A stretch of 64,000 nucleotides of DNA from an uncultured Thermoleophilaceae bacterium (GCA_963764665.1 CAVXTL010000016.1:438-64437), one strand, 5' to 3'; shown: positions 46,891 to 55,799, numbered from the stretch's first letter. Numbers and translations are program-made. Notes: a model not told the origin generated them from the letters alone.

Positions 46891-47616
46891 GTGCCTGAGT
46901 TCGTGGTGATCCCAAGCCGCTTCAACGGCCCGCCCGCGAGCGCCAACGGTGGGTATACCTGCGGCGCGCTGGCCTCCCTGCTGGGGAGCGACGTGGTGCA
47001 GGTGTCGCTGCGAACGCCGCCGCCCGTGGGGCGCCCGCTGGCGGTGAGCCATCACGACGGCCGGGTGGAGCTTCACGACGGCGCCACGCTGGTGGCCGAG
47101 GGCGAGGGCTCCGAGCTGCTGCTCGACGTGCCCGAGCCCGTGCATCCCGACGTCGCCCGGGCCGCATCGGAGGCCGGGCGCCGGAAGTGGACGGTCGAGC
47201 ACCCCTTCCCGACCTGTGTGGTGTGCGGGCCCGATCGCGAGGCCGGCGACGGCTACCGCATCTTCCCGGGAGCGCTGCCGGGAACGGACGGGCTGTTCGC
47301 CGCCGACTGGACACCCGACGAGTCGCTTTCGGACGGCGAGGGGCGCGTCCGGCCCGAGTGCGTGTGGGGCGCGCTCGACTGTCCCACGAGCGCGCCCGTG
47401 GCGAACTTCGGCGAGGGGCCGGCGATGGTGCTGGCGCGCCTCACCGCGCGGATCGGCTGCGATGTGCGCGCCGGCGAGCGCCACGCGCTGGTGTCGTGGC
47501 CACTCGAGGTGGACGGCCGCAAGCGCCACGCGGCATGCGCGCTGTTCGACGAGACCGGGCGCCTGCTGTGCGCCTCGCGGGCGCTCTGGATCGAGTTGCG
47601 CGAGACCCCGGCATGA
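46891..47616 (+). CDS. Hotdog-fold (PaaI/4HBT-like thioesterase) family protein
   Basis: 241 aa with a GTG start 4 nt after the flippase stop. It has Gly-rich N-terminal NGGYTCGA and C-terminal hotdog-like segments. The assignment is tentative. Confidence 0.5.
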   Translation: MPEFVVIPSRFNGPPASANGGYTCGALASLLGSDVVQVSLRTPPPVGRPLAVSHHDGRVELHDGATLVAEGEGSELLLDVPEPVHPDVARAASEAGRRKWTVEHPFPTCVVCGPDREAGDGYRIFPGALPGTDGLFAADWTPDESLSDGEGRVRPECVWGALDCPTSAPVANFGEGPAMVLARLTARIGCDVRAGERHALVSWPLEVDGRKRHAACALFDETGRLLCASRALWIELRETPA

Positions 47617-47628
47617 GCCCTTGCTTTG

Positions 47629-47645
47629 ACATACAGCCTGTATGT
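47629..47645. promoter_or_regulatory. AT-rich 8-1-8 inverted repeat upstream of or overlapping the molybdoenzyme start (candidate operator/promoter)
   Basis: ACATACAG-c-CTGTATGT is the inverted repeat. TTGACA at 47626-47631 overlaps its left arm. The stretch is unusually AT-rich for this DNA. Confidence 0.35.
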
Positions 47646-49921
47646 ATGATGCTCCGGTCCACGTGAGCGAACGCATACACCACCGGACCTGCCCGTTCTG
47701 CGAAGCCACCTGCGGGCTCGAGGTCACGCTCGACGGCGACCGGGTCACGGCGGTGCGCGGCGACCGCGAGGACGTGTTCAGCGGCGGCTTCATCTGCCCC
47801 AAGGCGCACGGGCTCAAGGAGCTCCACGAGGACCCGGACCGGCTGACCACCCCGATGATCCGGCGCGACGGCGAGCTGCGCGAGGCCACCTGGGACGAGG
47901 CCTTCGATGAGATCGACCGCCGCCTCTCCCCCATCCTCGAGGCGCACGGCCGGAACGCCGCGGCCGTGTACATCGGGAACCCCACGGCCCACAACCTCTC
48001 GTTCCTCTCCTACAACCCGGTGCTGCTCCGGGCGCTCGGCTCGCAGAACGTCTACACCGCCAGCACCGTGGACCAGATGCCCAAGCAGGTCTCGGCCGGC
48101 CTCATGTTCGGCCATCTGCTGAGCGTGCCCGTGCCGGACCTGGACCGCTGCGACCACCTGCTGATGCTCGGCGCCAACCCGCTCGTGTCGAACGGCAGCC
48201 TGCTCACCGCGCCCAACATGCGCGGCCGCCTGCGAGGGATCCGCGAGCGCGGCGGCAAGGTCGTGGTGGTGGACCCGCGCAGGACCCGTACCGCCGACGA
48301 GGCCGACGAGCACCACTTCATCCGGCCCGGCGGCGACGCCCTGCTGCTCGCCGCCATGGCGTGCACCCTCGTGGAGGAGTCGCTGGTGGACGTGGGGCCG
48401 CTGGCGGAGCACTGCGAGGGCCTCGAGGAGCTCTGCGAGCTGGTGCTCGACTACACGCCCGAGGAGGTGGCGCCGGCCACGGGCATCGCCGCCGAGGACA
48501 TCAGGCGCATGGCACGCGAGCTGGCCCGCGCCGAACGTGCCGCGGTGTACGCCCGCATCGGCACCACCACCCAGGAGTTCGGCACGCACGCGAGCTGGCT
48601 CGTGGACGTTCTCAACGTGCTCACGGGCAACCTGGACCGCGAGGGCGGGGCGATGTTCACGCTCGCCGCGGCCGGCCAGCGCAACTCGAACGGCACCCCC
48701 GGCCAGGGACGCGGCGTACGTCTGGGCCGGTGGCAGAGCCGGGTCCGCGGGCTCGGCGAGGCGTTCGGCGAACTGCCGGTGGCCTGCCTGGCCGAGGAGA
48801 TCGACACGCCCGGCGAGGGCCAGGTGCGCGCGCTGATCACGATGGCGGGCAACCCGGTGGTGTCCACGCCGAACAGCGGGCGCCTCGAGCAGGCGGTCGA
48901 GGGACTCGAGTTCATGCTGGCGGTCGACATCTACGTGAACGAGACGACGCGCCATGCGGACGTGATCCTCCCCGGCCCGGGACCGCTCGCCAAGTCCCAC
49001 TACGACCTCGCGCTCTACCAGCTCGCGGCGCGCAGCGTGGCGAACTACTCGCCGCCCGCGCTCGAGTACGACGGCCCCGCGGAATGGGAGGTGCTCCTCA
49101 GGCTCGCGGGCGTGGTCTCGGGCCAGGGCCCCGACGCCGACGTGGATGCGCTCGACCGGCTCGTGATCGACACCCTGATAGGCCGCGAGCTGGCCGACCC
49201 CCATTCGCGCGTCGCCGGGCGCGAAGCCGGCGAGCTGCTCGAGGAGCTCGAGCCGCGCCGCGGACCGGAGCGGATGCTCGACTTCATGCTTCGCGCCGGA
49301 CCGTTCGGCGACGGCTTCGGCGCCGATCCCGACGGCCTCACGCTTGACGTGCTCGAGCGCAACCCGCACGGAGTGGACCTCGGTCCCCACCGCCCGCGGA
49401 TACCCGAGGTGCTCCGCACGCCGTCCGGCAAGATCGAGCTCGTGCCGGAGGCGATCGTGGCCGACCTTCCGCGCCTGGCCGCCGCGATGGAACGGCGCCA
49501 GAACGGCGGCATGGTCCTGATCGGGCGCCGCCAGCTGCGCTCGAACAACTCGTGGATGCACAACCTGCCGGCGCTCGTGAAGGGCAAGGACCGCTGCACG
49601 ATGCTGATGCACCCCGACGACGCCACTCGCCTCGGCCTCGTGGACGGCGGCACGGCGCTGGTGAGCTCGGCCGCCGGCGAGCTGGAGGCGCCCGTGGAGC
49701 TCACCGACGAGGTGATGCCCGGCGTGGTGTCGATCCCGCACGGCTGGGGCCACTCCGCCCCGGGCACGCAGCTCAGCGTGGCCAGCGAGCACGCCGGCGT
49801 GAACAGCAACCTCCTGGCCGACGAGACGCTGGTGGAGCCGCTCTCCGGCAACGCGATCCTGAACGGGATCCCGGTCGAGGTCGTGCCGGCGCCGGTGCCG
49901 GCCGTAGCTCAGATCGGCTGA
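47642..49921 (+). CDS. Molybdopterin (bis-MGD) oxidoreductase, formate dehydrogenase/DMSO reductase superfamily
   Basis: The N-terminal 4Fe-4S motif is HHRTCPFCEATCGLEV...GGFICPK. It has MGD-binding domains and a C-terminal barrel (VMPGVVSIPHGWGH). The start may instead be the in-frame GTG at 47663. Confidence 0.85.
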   Translation: MYDAPVHVSERIHHRTCPFCEATCGLEVTLDGDRVTAVRGDREDVFSGGFICPKAHGLKELHEDPDRLTTPMIRRDGELREATWDEAFDEIDRRLSPILEAHGRNAAAVYIGNPTAHNLSFLSYNPVLLRALGSQNVYTASTVDQMPKQVSAGLMFGHLLSVPVPDLDRCDHLLMLGANPLVSNGSLLTAPNMRGRLRGIRERGGKVVVVDPRRTRTADEADEHHFIRPGGDALLLAAMACTLVEESLVDVGPLAEHCEGLEELCELVLDYTPEEVAPATGIAAEDIRRMARELARAERAAVYARIGTTTQEFGTHASWLVDVLNVLTGNLDREGGAMFTLAAAGQRNSNGTPGQGRGVRLGRWQSRVRGLGEAFGELPVACLAEEIDTPGEGQVRALITMAGNPVVSTPNSGRLEQAVEGLEFMLAVDIYVNETTRHADVILPGPGPLAKSHYDLALYQLAARSVANYSPPALEYDGPAEWEVLLRLAGVVSGQGPDADVDALDRLVIDTLIGRELADPHSRVAGREAGELLEELEPRRGPERMLDFMLRAGPFGDGFGADPDGLTLDVLERNPHGVDLGPHRPRIPEVLRTPSGKIELVPEAIVADLPRLAAAMERRQNGGMVLIGRRQLRSNNSWMHNLPALVKGKDRCTMLMHPDDATRLGLVDGGTALVSSAAGELEAPVELTDEVMPGVVSIPHGWGHSAPGTQLSVASEHAGVNSNLLADETLVEPLSGNAILNGIPVEVVPAPVPAVAQIG

Positions 49922-50145
49922 AGCATCGACGAGCCGCAGTTGCGGCACTCGGCGTCAGCCGTGTCCGACATCCGCGCGATCGTCGAGTGGGCGCCGCAGT
50001 TCGGGCACCCCGACCTCAGCTCGAAGCGGCGCAGGCAGTTGACGCACCGGTAGCGACCCGCCAGGTTGGTGCCGCGCAGCGCGGGCTCTCCGCAGGAGGG
50101 ACATTGCGGCCCGGTGCGGGCGGTTTCGTCGACGGCCGCGGGCAT
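49909..50145 (-). CDS. Small double zinc-ribbon protein
   Basis: 78 aa with four CxxC pairs (CPSC, CVNC, CPNC, CRNC). A GGGAG sits 7 nt upstream of the ATG. GC3 is high. It is immediately downstream of fmt. Confidence 0.55.
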   Translation of the reverse strand: MPAAVDETARTGPQCPSCGEPALRGTNLAGRYRCVNCLRRFELRSGCPNCGAHSTIARMSDTADAECRNCGSSMLQPI

Positions 50146-50183
50146 CTCAGCTCTCCCACAACCGTAACCGCTCGGCAGCCGGC

Positions 50184-51086
50184 TCAGCCGACAATGGCCG
50201 CGCCATGCCCGCGGAGATAGTCGCCGGCGCTCATGGGGCGGCCCCCCGCCGGCTGCACCTCGATCAGCTCGAGCGCACCGGACGAGGTGCCCAGCAGCAG
50301 CCGGTCGTCCCTCGCCGCCAGCCTGCCCTCCTCGATGTCTGCGCCGTCTGCGGCCAGACCCACCCGCCGTATCCCGAGGCGCTCGTCGGGCCCCAACGGC
50401 AGGAAGGCGCCGATGTGCGGCGTGAGGGCGCGCACGCGGCGCTCCAGCTCCTGCGCTGACCGCGCGGGGTCGAGCTGCCGGTCGGCGGGGCCGATCTTCT
50501 CGGCGTAGCTCACCCCTTGGTCGGACTGCTCGCGCCACGTCGGCGGAGCGTCGAGCGCTTCCACGAGCAGCTCCCCCGCGAGCACTGCCAGCCGGGCGGC
50601 GAGCTCGCCGTAGTCGTCGTCGGAGCGGATCGGCTCACCGCGCTGGAGGCCGATCGGGCCCGCGTCGAGCTCGGCGGCGAGCCTCATGATGGTCACGCCG
50701 GTCTCCTCGTCGCCCGCCTCGATCGCCCGCTCCACGGGAGCCGCGCCCCGCCAGCGCGGCAGCAGCGACGGATGGACGTTCACGAACTCGTGATCCGAGA
50801 GCAGCGGATCCTTGATCAGCGCCCCGTACGCACAGATGGGAAGCGCCTCGGGCTCGAGCGCGGCGATCCGCTCACGCGACTCCTCGGCGTTCACGTCGTC
50901 CGGCTGGAAGGTCTCGATGCCGAGCCGGGCCGCGGCCTCGGCCACCGGCGGCGCCGTCAGCTTGCGTCCCCTCCCCCGCGGGCGATCCGGGCGTGTGATC
51001 ACCAGCTGGGGGCGGTGCGGGCTGAGCGCCAGACGGCCCAGCACCTCCGCCGCGAACTCCGAGGTTCCGAGGAAGACGGTGCGCAT
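50184..51086 (-). CDS. fmt: Methionyl-tRNA formyltransferase
   Basis: The ATG at 51086 gives MRTVFLGTSEFAAEVLGRL. The formyltransferase motifs are NVHPSLLPRWRGAAP and ETGVTIM. Confidence 0.92.
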   Translation of the reverse strand: MRTVFLGTSEFAAEVLGRLALSPHRPQLVITRPDRPRGRGRKLTAPPVAEAAARLGIETFQPDDVNAEESRERIAALEPEALPICAYGALIKDPLLSDHEFVNVHPSLLPRWRGAAPVERAIEAGDEETGVTIMRLAAELDAGPIGLQRGEPIRSDDDYGELAARLAVLAGELLVEALDAPPTWREQSDQGVSYAEKIGPADRQLDPARSAQELERRVRALTPHIGAFLPLGPDERLGIRRVGLAADGADIEEGRLAARDDRLLLGTSSGALELIEVQPAGGRPMSAGDYLRGHGAAIVG

Positions 51087-51228
51087 CCGGCGCCAGCCTA
51101 GAGGCAGGGGCCCAGGGCAGTGGGCTTGCGTTCCGGCAGCGATCACCGTTCGAGCTCGCAAGCTCACTCGTCCGGTAACCGCCGCCGTCACCGCCCCTGC
51201 CCCACACGGCCGGCAGACGCTGTTCTTG

Positions 51229-51242
51229 TTTGCTTAAGCAAA
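51229..51242. promoter_or_regulatory. AT-rich perfect 14-bp palindrome between the divergent fmt and lctP-glc genes (candidate operator)
   Basis: TTTGCTTAAGCAAA is the perfect palindrome. With a 3-nt bulge it extends to cTTGTTTGCTTAAGCAAAaaaCAA. This is the most AT-rich spot in the region. Confidence 0.35.
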
Positions 51243-51457
51243 AAACAAACCGCCCGTACCACCGGGCCAGCGCGTGCCGGGCGGGGGCGGCGACGGCTGT
51301 CGATTACCGAACGAGCAAGCGAAGCGCGCGAGAGCGGTGATTGACGCCGGAGCGCAAGCCCACCGCCCTGGACGCCGGAGCGCGAGCCCTCCGCCCCGGT
51401 CGGTTTCCCCGGCGCCCGATCGGGGCAAACCATCGGCGAGCAACGAGGGAGGAACAG

Positions 51458-53137
51458 TTGTATACGCAGGACTTCGACCCGGTATCGGACTCGCTTGGGC
51501 TGACCGCGATCTTCGCCGTACTGCCTGTGTTGACGCTGTTCGTCCTGTTGGGCGGGCTCCGGATGAAGGCGCAGTGGGCGGCGCTGATATCGCTCGGCGT
51601 AGCGATGCTGGTCGCGGCGATCGTCTACGGCATGCCCGCGGGTCAGACGCTGCTCTCGGCGTCCGAAGGGGCCACCTTCGGCCTGTTCCCGATCATGTGG
51701 ATCGTCATAGCGGCGATCTGGGTCTACAACATGACCGTCGAGACCGGCCACTTCGCCGTGCTCAGACGCTCGTTCGGCGCGATCTCGGACGACCAGCGCG
51801 TGCAGGCCGTGATCGTGGCGTTCTGCTTCGGTGCTCTCCTCGAGGCGCTCGCCGGCTTCGGCACCCCCGTGGCCATCACCGCGGTGATGCTGATCGCGCT
51901 CGGCTTCCAGCCGATGAAGGCCGCCGCCGTCGCGCTCGTGGCCAACACCGCCCCGGTCGCCTTCGGCGCGATCGCCACGCCGATCATCACGCTGGCCGAG
52001 GTCACCGAGCTGCCCAAGGACGACCTCGGCGCGATGGTCGGCCGCCAGACGCCGGTGCTGGCGCTGATCGTGCCCCTGATCCTCGTGTACATGGTCGACG
52101 GCCGGCGCGGCGTACGCCAGGTCTGGCCGGTGGCCGTGCTCGGCGGCGTGTCGTTCGCGGTCGGCCAGTTCCTCTGCGCGAACTACTTCTCGGTGGAGCT
52201 CACAGACATCGTCGCGTCGCTCCTCGCGACGGGCTCGATCGTCGCCTTCCTGCGGGTGTGGTCGCCGTCCGAGCCGCTGCTCGGCGACGGCGACGGGCGC
52301 TTCTCCCAGCCGGCCGTGGCCGGCGGGTCGACGCACTCCCCCGAGCTCGAACGCGAGATCGCTCGCCGCGACGACGGCCGGCGTGACTCCGCCGGGGACG
52401 TGGCCAAGGCCTACGCGCCCTACGCGATCATCATCGCCGTCTTCTCGATCGCGCAGATCCCGGCGGTGAAGGACGCCCTTGCAGAGTCGCCCTGGACCAC
52501 CACGTTCGAGTGGCCCGGCCTCGACGTGGTGACGCCGGACGGCGAGCCGCTCTCGAGCCTCACCTTCAACCTCAACTGGCTGCCCGCCACCGGCACCCTG
52601 ATGTTGATCTCGGGACTCATCACGATGGGTGTGCTCGGCGTATCGCCCGGACGCGCGCTCGAGACGTTCACGAAGACGCTCGACCAGCTCAAGTGGGCGA
52701 TCCTCACGGTGGCCGCCGTGCTCGGGCTTGCCTACGTGATGAACCAGTCCGGCCAGACGGTGACGCTCGGACTCTGGGCGGCGGGCGCCGGCGGGTTCTT
52801 CGCGTTCCTGTCCGCGCTGATCGGCTGGCTGGGCGTGGCGGTGACCGGCTCCGACACCTCGTCGAACGCCCTGTTCGGTGCGCTCCAGGTAACCGCTGCC
52901 GAGGATGCGGGCATCTCGACGACGCTCCTGGCGGCCGCCAACAGCTCCGGGGGCGTGCTCGGCAAGATGGTCTCGCCGCAGAACCTGGCCATCGGCGCCG
53001 CGGCCGTGGGCCTGGCGGGCAAGGAGGGCGACCTCTTCCGTAAGGTCCTGGGCTGGAGCCTCGTGCTCGTCCTGCTCATGTGCGTGCTCGTCTACCTCCA
53101 GTCCACGCCGGTCCTCGATTGGATGGTCGTGGAGTGA
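51458..53137 (+). CDS. lctP: L-lactate/glycolate permease (LctP family)
   Basis: The TTG at 51458 is preceded by GAGGGAGGAAC. The N-terminus (M)YTQDFDPVSDSLGLTAIFAVLPVL parallels the LldP/GlcA N-terminus. The protein is polytopic. Confidence 0.87.
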   Translation: MYTQDFDPVSDSLGLTAIFAVLPVLTLFVLLGGLRMKAQWAALISLGVAMLVAAIVYGMPAGQTLLSASEGATFGLFPIMWIVIAAIWVYNMTVETGHFAVLRRSFGAISDDQRVQAVIVAFCFGALLEALAGFGTPVAITAVMLIALGFQPMKAAAVALVANTAPVAFGAIATPIITLAEVTELPKDDLGAMVGRQTPVLALIVPLILVYMVDGRRGVRQVWPVAVLGGVSFAVGQFLCANYFSVELTDIVASLLATGSIVAFLRVWSPSEPLLGDGDGRFSQPAVAGGSTHSPELEREIARRDDGRRDSAGDVAKAYAPYAIIIAVFSIAQIPAVKDALAESPWTTTFEWPGLDVVTPDGEPLSSLTFNLNWLPATGTLMLISGLITMGVLGVSPGRALETFTKTLDQLKWAILTVAAVLGLAYVMNQSGQTVTLGLWAAGAGGFFAFLSALIGWLGVAVTGSDTSSNALFGALQVTAAEDAGISTTLLAAANSSGGVLGKMVSPQNLAIGAAAVGLAGKEGDLFRKVLGWSLVLVLLMCVLVYLQSTPVLDWMVVE

Positions 53138-54654
53138 GCGCAGGCGCCGGACCCGCCTATGGCGAGGGTCCGCCGCCGAACGACGCACCCGATCCGACGC
53201 ACGTGGACCTGGGCCCGCTCGTGGCGGAGTGGCGGAGCGCGCTCGGCCACGAGCACGTGATCACCCACGAGCACCAGCTGCGCACCTACGAGTCGGACGG
53301 GCTTCTTCAATACGCCGTGACCCCCGGCGCGGTGGTCCTGCCCGGGTCAGCCGCAGAGGTGCAGGCCGTGGTGGCCGCCTGCCACCGCGAGGGGGTCCCG
53401 TGGGTCGCGCGCGGGGCCGGGTCCGGCCTCTCGGGGGGAGCCGTGCCCGTGGCCGACGGCGTGCTCATCTCGCTCACGCGCATGCGCAGCGTGCTCGAGG
53501 TGGACCTGCCGAACCAGCGTGTGGTGGTCGAGCCCGGCGTGACCAACGTGGCGGTGTCCAAGGCGGTCGGGCCCACGCACTTCTATCCGCCCGACCCATC
53601 CAGCCAGATCGTCTGCACCATCGGAGGCAACGTCGCGGAGAACTCGGGCGGCGCCCACTGCTTCAAGTACGGCTTTACCACCAACTACGTGACCGGCCTG
53701 GAGCTGGTGCTCCCCGACGGCTCGCTCGTGCAGCTCGGGGGCAAGGAGCTCGAACCGCCGGCGCTCGACCTGATCGGCGCATTCGTGGGCTCCGAGGGCA
53801 CGCTGGGCGTGGCCACGAAGATCTGGCTCCGCGTAGTGCCCGTGCCGGAGGCGGTGCGCACGCTTGTGGCGTTCTTCGGCTCGACCAGGCAGGCCGGAGA
53901 GGTAGTCTCGAAGATCGTGTCCGGAGGGATCGTTCCGGGCGCCGTGGAGATGATGGACAACCTCTCGATCAGGGCGGCCGAGGGCTACACCGGCGCCGGC
54001 TGGCCTGCGGACGCCGGGGCGGCCCTCGTGGTCGAGCTGGACGGCTCGGACGCCGAGTGCGAGACGCGCTTCGAGCAGGTGGTCTCGATGTGCGAGGAGG
54101 CCGGCGCCGACTCGATCCGCGTGGCCAAGGACGACGCCGAGCGCACCGTGATCTGGACCGCGCGCAAGGCCGCCTTCGCAGCGATGGGACGCATCGCTCC
54201 CAACTACTACGTGCAGGACAGCGTGATCCCGCGCACGCGCCTCTCGGAGGTGCTGGGGCAGATCGAGGAGATGGCCGAGGAGTACGGGCTCCAGGTGGCC
54301 AACGTGTTCCACGCCGGCGACGGCAACCTGCACCCGCTCGTCTGTTACGACGGCCGCCGCGAGGGCGAGGCGGAGAAGGCCGAGGAGCTGGCCGGCCTGA
54401 TCGTGAAGGCCTGCGTGGACGCCGGCGGGTCGATCACCGGCGAACACGGCGTGGGCGTGGACAAGAAGCGCTATATGCCGACGATGTTCAACGACTCCGA
54501 CCTGGGCGCCTTCCAGCGGCTGCGCTGCGCGTTCGACCCTGACCAGCTGGCCAACCCCGGCAAGGTGATGCCCACACCGCGGCTGTGCGGCGAGGTACCG
54601 GGCCCCTACCGCCGCCATCCGCTCGAGCAGGCCGGGCTGGCGGAGCGCATGTGA
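53134..54654 (+). CDS. glcD: Glycolate oxidase subunit GlcD (FAD-linked oxidase)
   Basis: The GTG at 53134 overlaps the lctP stop (GTGA). It has an FAD-binding PCMH domain (VVLPGSAAEVQAVVAAC...VARGAGSGLSGGA) and a C-terminal GEHGVG. Confidence 0.9.
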   Translation: MSAGAGPAYGEGPPPNDAPDPTHVDLGPLVAEWRSALGHEHVITHEHQLRTYESDGLLQYAVTPGAVVLPGSAAEVQAVVAACHREGVPWVARGAGSGLSGGAVPVADGVLISLTRMRSVLEVDLPNQRVVVEPGVTNVAVSKAVGPTHFYPPDPSSQIVCTIGGNVAENSGGAHCFKYGFTTNYVTGLELVLPDGSLVQLGGKELEPPALDLIGAFVGSEGTLGVATKIWLRVVPVPEAVRTLVAFFGSTRQAGEVVSKIVSGGIVPGAVEMMDNLSIRAAEGYTGAGWPADAGAALVVELDGSDAECETRFEQVVSMCEEAGADSIRVAKDDAERTVIWTARKAAFAAMGRIAPNYYVQDSVIPRTRLSEVLGQIEEMAEEYGLQVANVFHAGDGNLHPLVCYDGRREGEAEKAEELAGLIVKACVDAGGSITGEHGVGVDKKRYMPTMFNDSDLGAFQRLRCAFDPDQLANPGKVMPTPRLCGEVPGPYRRHPLEQAGLAERM

Positions 54655-55799
54655 TGGCCACCCAGGCCGCACGCCTGGCCACGCCCGGATCGCGCGACGA
54701 GCTGGCGGCCGAGCTGAGCGCCGCCGCCGCGGCGGGCGAGACCGTGTGCGTGCGCGGCGCGGGCACCAAGCTCGCCTGGGCGGGCCTGTCCGGGTTCGAG
54801 CCCGGGCTCGAGCTCTCGACCACGGGGCTAGACACGCTCGTGGAGCACAACGCCGGCGACCTCACGGCGATAATCGAGGCCGGCGTGCCGCTGGCGCGCG
54901 CCCAGAGCGCCTTCGCCGAGGAGGGGCAGATGCTCGCGCTCGACCCGCCCGGCGGCGGGGCCACAATCGGCGGGATCGTGGCCAGCGGCGACTCCGGCCC
55001 GCTGCGCTCGCGCTACGGCGGCGTGCGCGACCTCGTGGTGGGAATGCACGTGGCGCTCTCCGACGGCACGCGCGCCAAGACCGGCGGCAAGGTGATCAAG
55101 AACGTGGCGGGCTACGACCTGGCCAAGCTCTTCGCCGGCTCGTTCGGCACGCTCGGCGCGATCATCGAGGTGGCCGTGCGCCTGCACCCGCTTCCGCCGT
55201 CCACGGCCACGGCGATCGGGCGCACCGGGGACGCCGCGATGCTGGCCGAGGCGGCGGCCGTGCTCACCCACGCGTCGATCGAGCACAGCGGGCTCGACGT
55301 GCGCTGGGAGGACGGCGCCGGCTCCGTGCTCGCCCGCTTCGGCGGCGCCGCACCGGGGCCCCAGGCGGAGAACGCGGCCAGGCTGCTTCGCGAAGCCGGG
55401 CTCGACACCGACCTGACCGAGGAGGACGACGGGCTCTGGTCCGCACAGCGCGACGACCAGCGAGCGCGACAGGGCTCGTCCGACACGGTGGTGCGCGTGG
55501 CCGCGCTGCAGACGGACCTGCCGGAGCTGCTCGAGGCCGCGACCCGCCACTCGGCGCTGCTGGTGGGCCGCGCCCCGCTCGCCCTCTCCTGGCTGAGGCT
55601 GGAGGATTCCGAGGCCGTACCGGACGCGCTCGATGACCTCCGCCGGATCGCGGGCGCCGTGGTGCTCGACGCTCCCGCCGAGGTGCGCGAGCGGGTGGAG
55701 CCCTGGGGCGAGCGCGACGCGGCGGTGCTCGCGCTGATGAAAAGGGTCAAGGACGGCTTCGACCCCGCCGGCGCCTGCGCACCGGGGGTGCTCTGGTGA
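54654..55799 (+). CDS. glcE: Glycolate oxidase FAD-binding subunit GlcE
   Basis: It has an FAD_binding_4 pattern (VRGAGTKLAWAG...GGKVIKNVAGYDLAKL). The start overlaps the glcD stop. Confidence 0.85.
   Translation: MATQAARLATPGSRDELAAELSAAAAAGETVCVRGAGTKLAWAGLSGFEPGLELSTTGLDTLVEHNAGDLTAIIEAGVPLARAQSAFAEEGQMLALDPPGGGATIGGIVASGDSGPLRSRYGGVRDLVVGMHVALSDGTRAKTGGKVIKNVAGYDLAKLFAGSFGTLGAIIEVAVRLHPLPPSTATAIGRTGDAAMLAEAAAVLTHASIEHSGLDVRWEDGAGSVLARFGGAAPGPQAENAARLLREAGLDTDLTEEDDGLWSAQRDDQRARQGSSDTVVRVAALQTDLPELLEAATRHSALLVGRAPLALSWLRLEDSEAVPDALDDLRRIAGAVVLDAPAEVRERVEPWGERDAAVLALMKRVKDGFDPAGACAPGVLW

Noticed and set aside
51221-51250. AT-rich palindrome as an intrinsic terminator for fmt or the upstream gene
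   Set aside because: The stem is AT-rich with no loop and lacks a GC-rich stem followed by a T-tract in the correct orientation. It also lies upstream of, not downstream of, both neighbouring genes.
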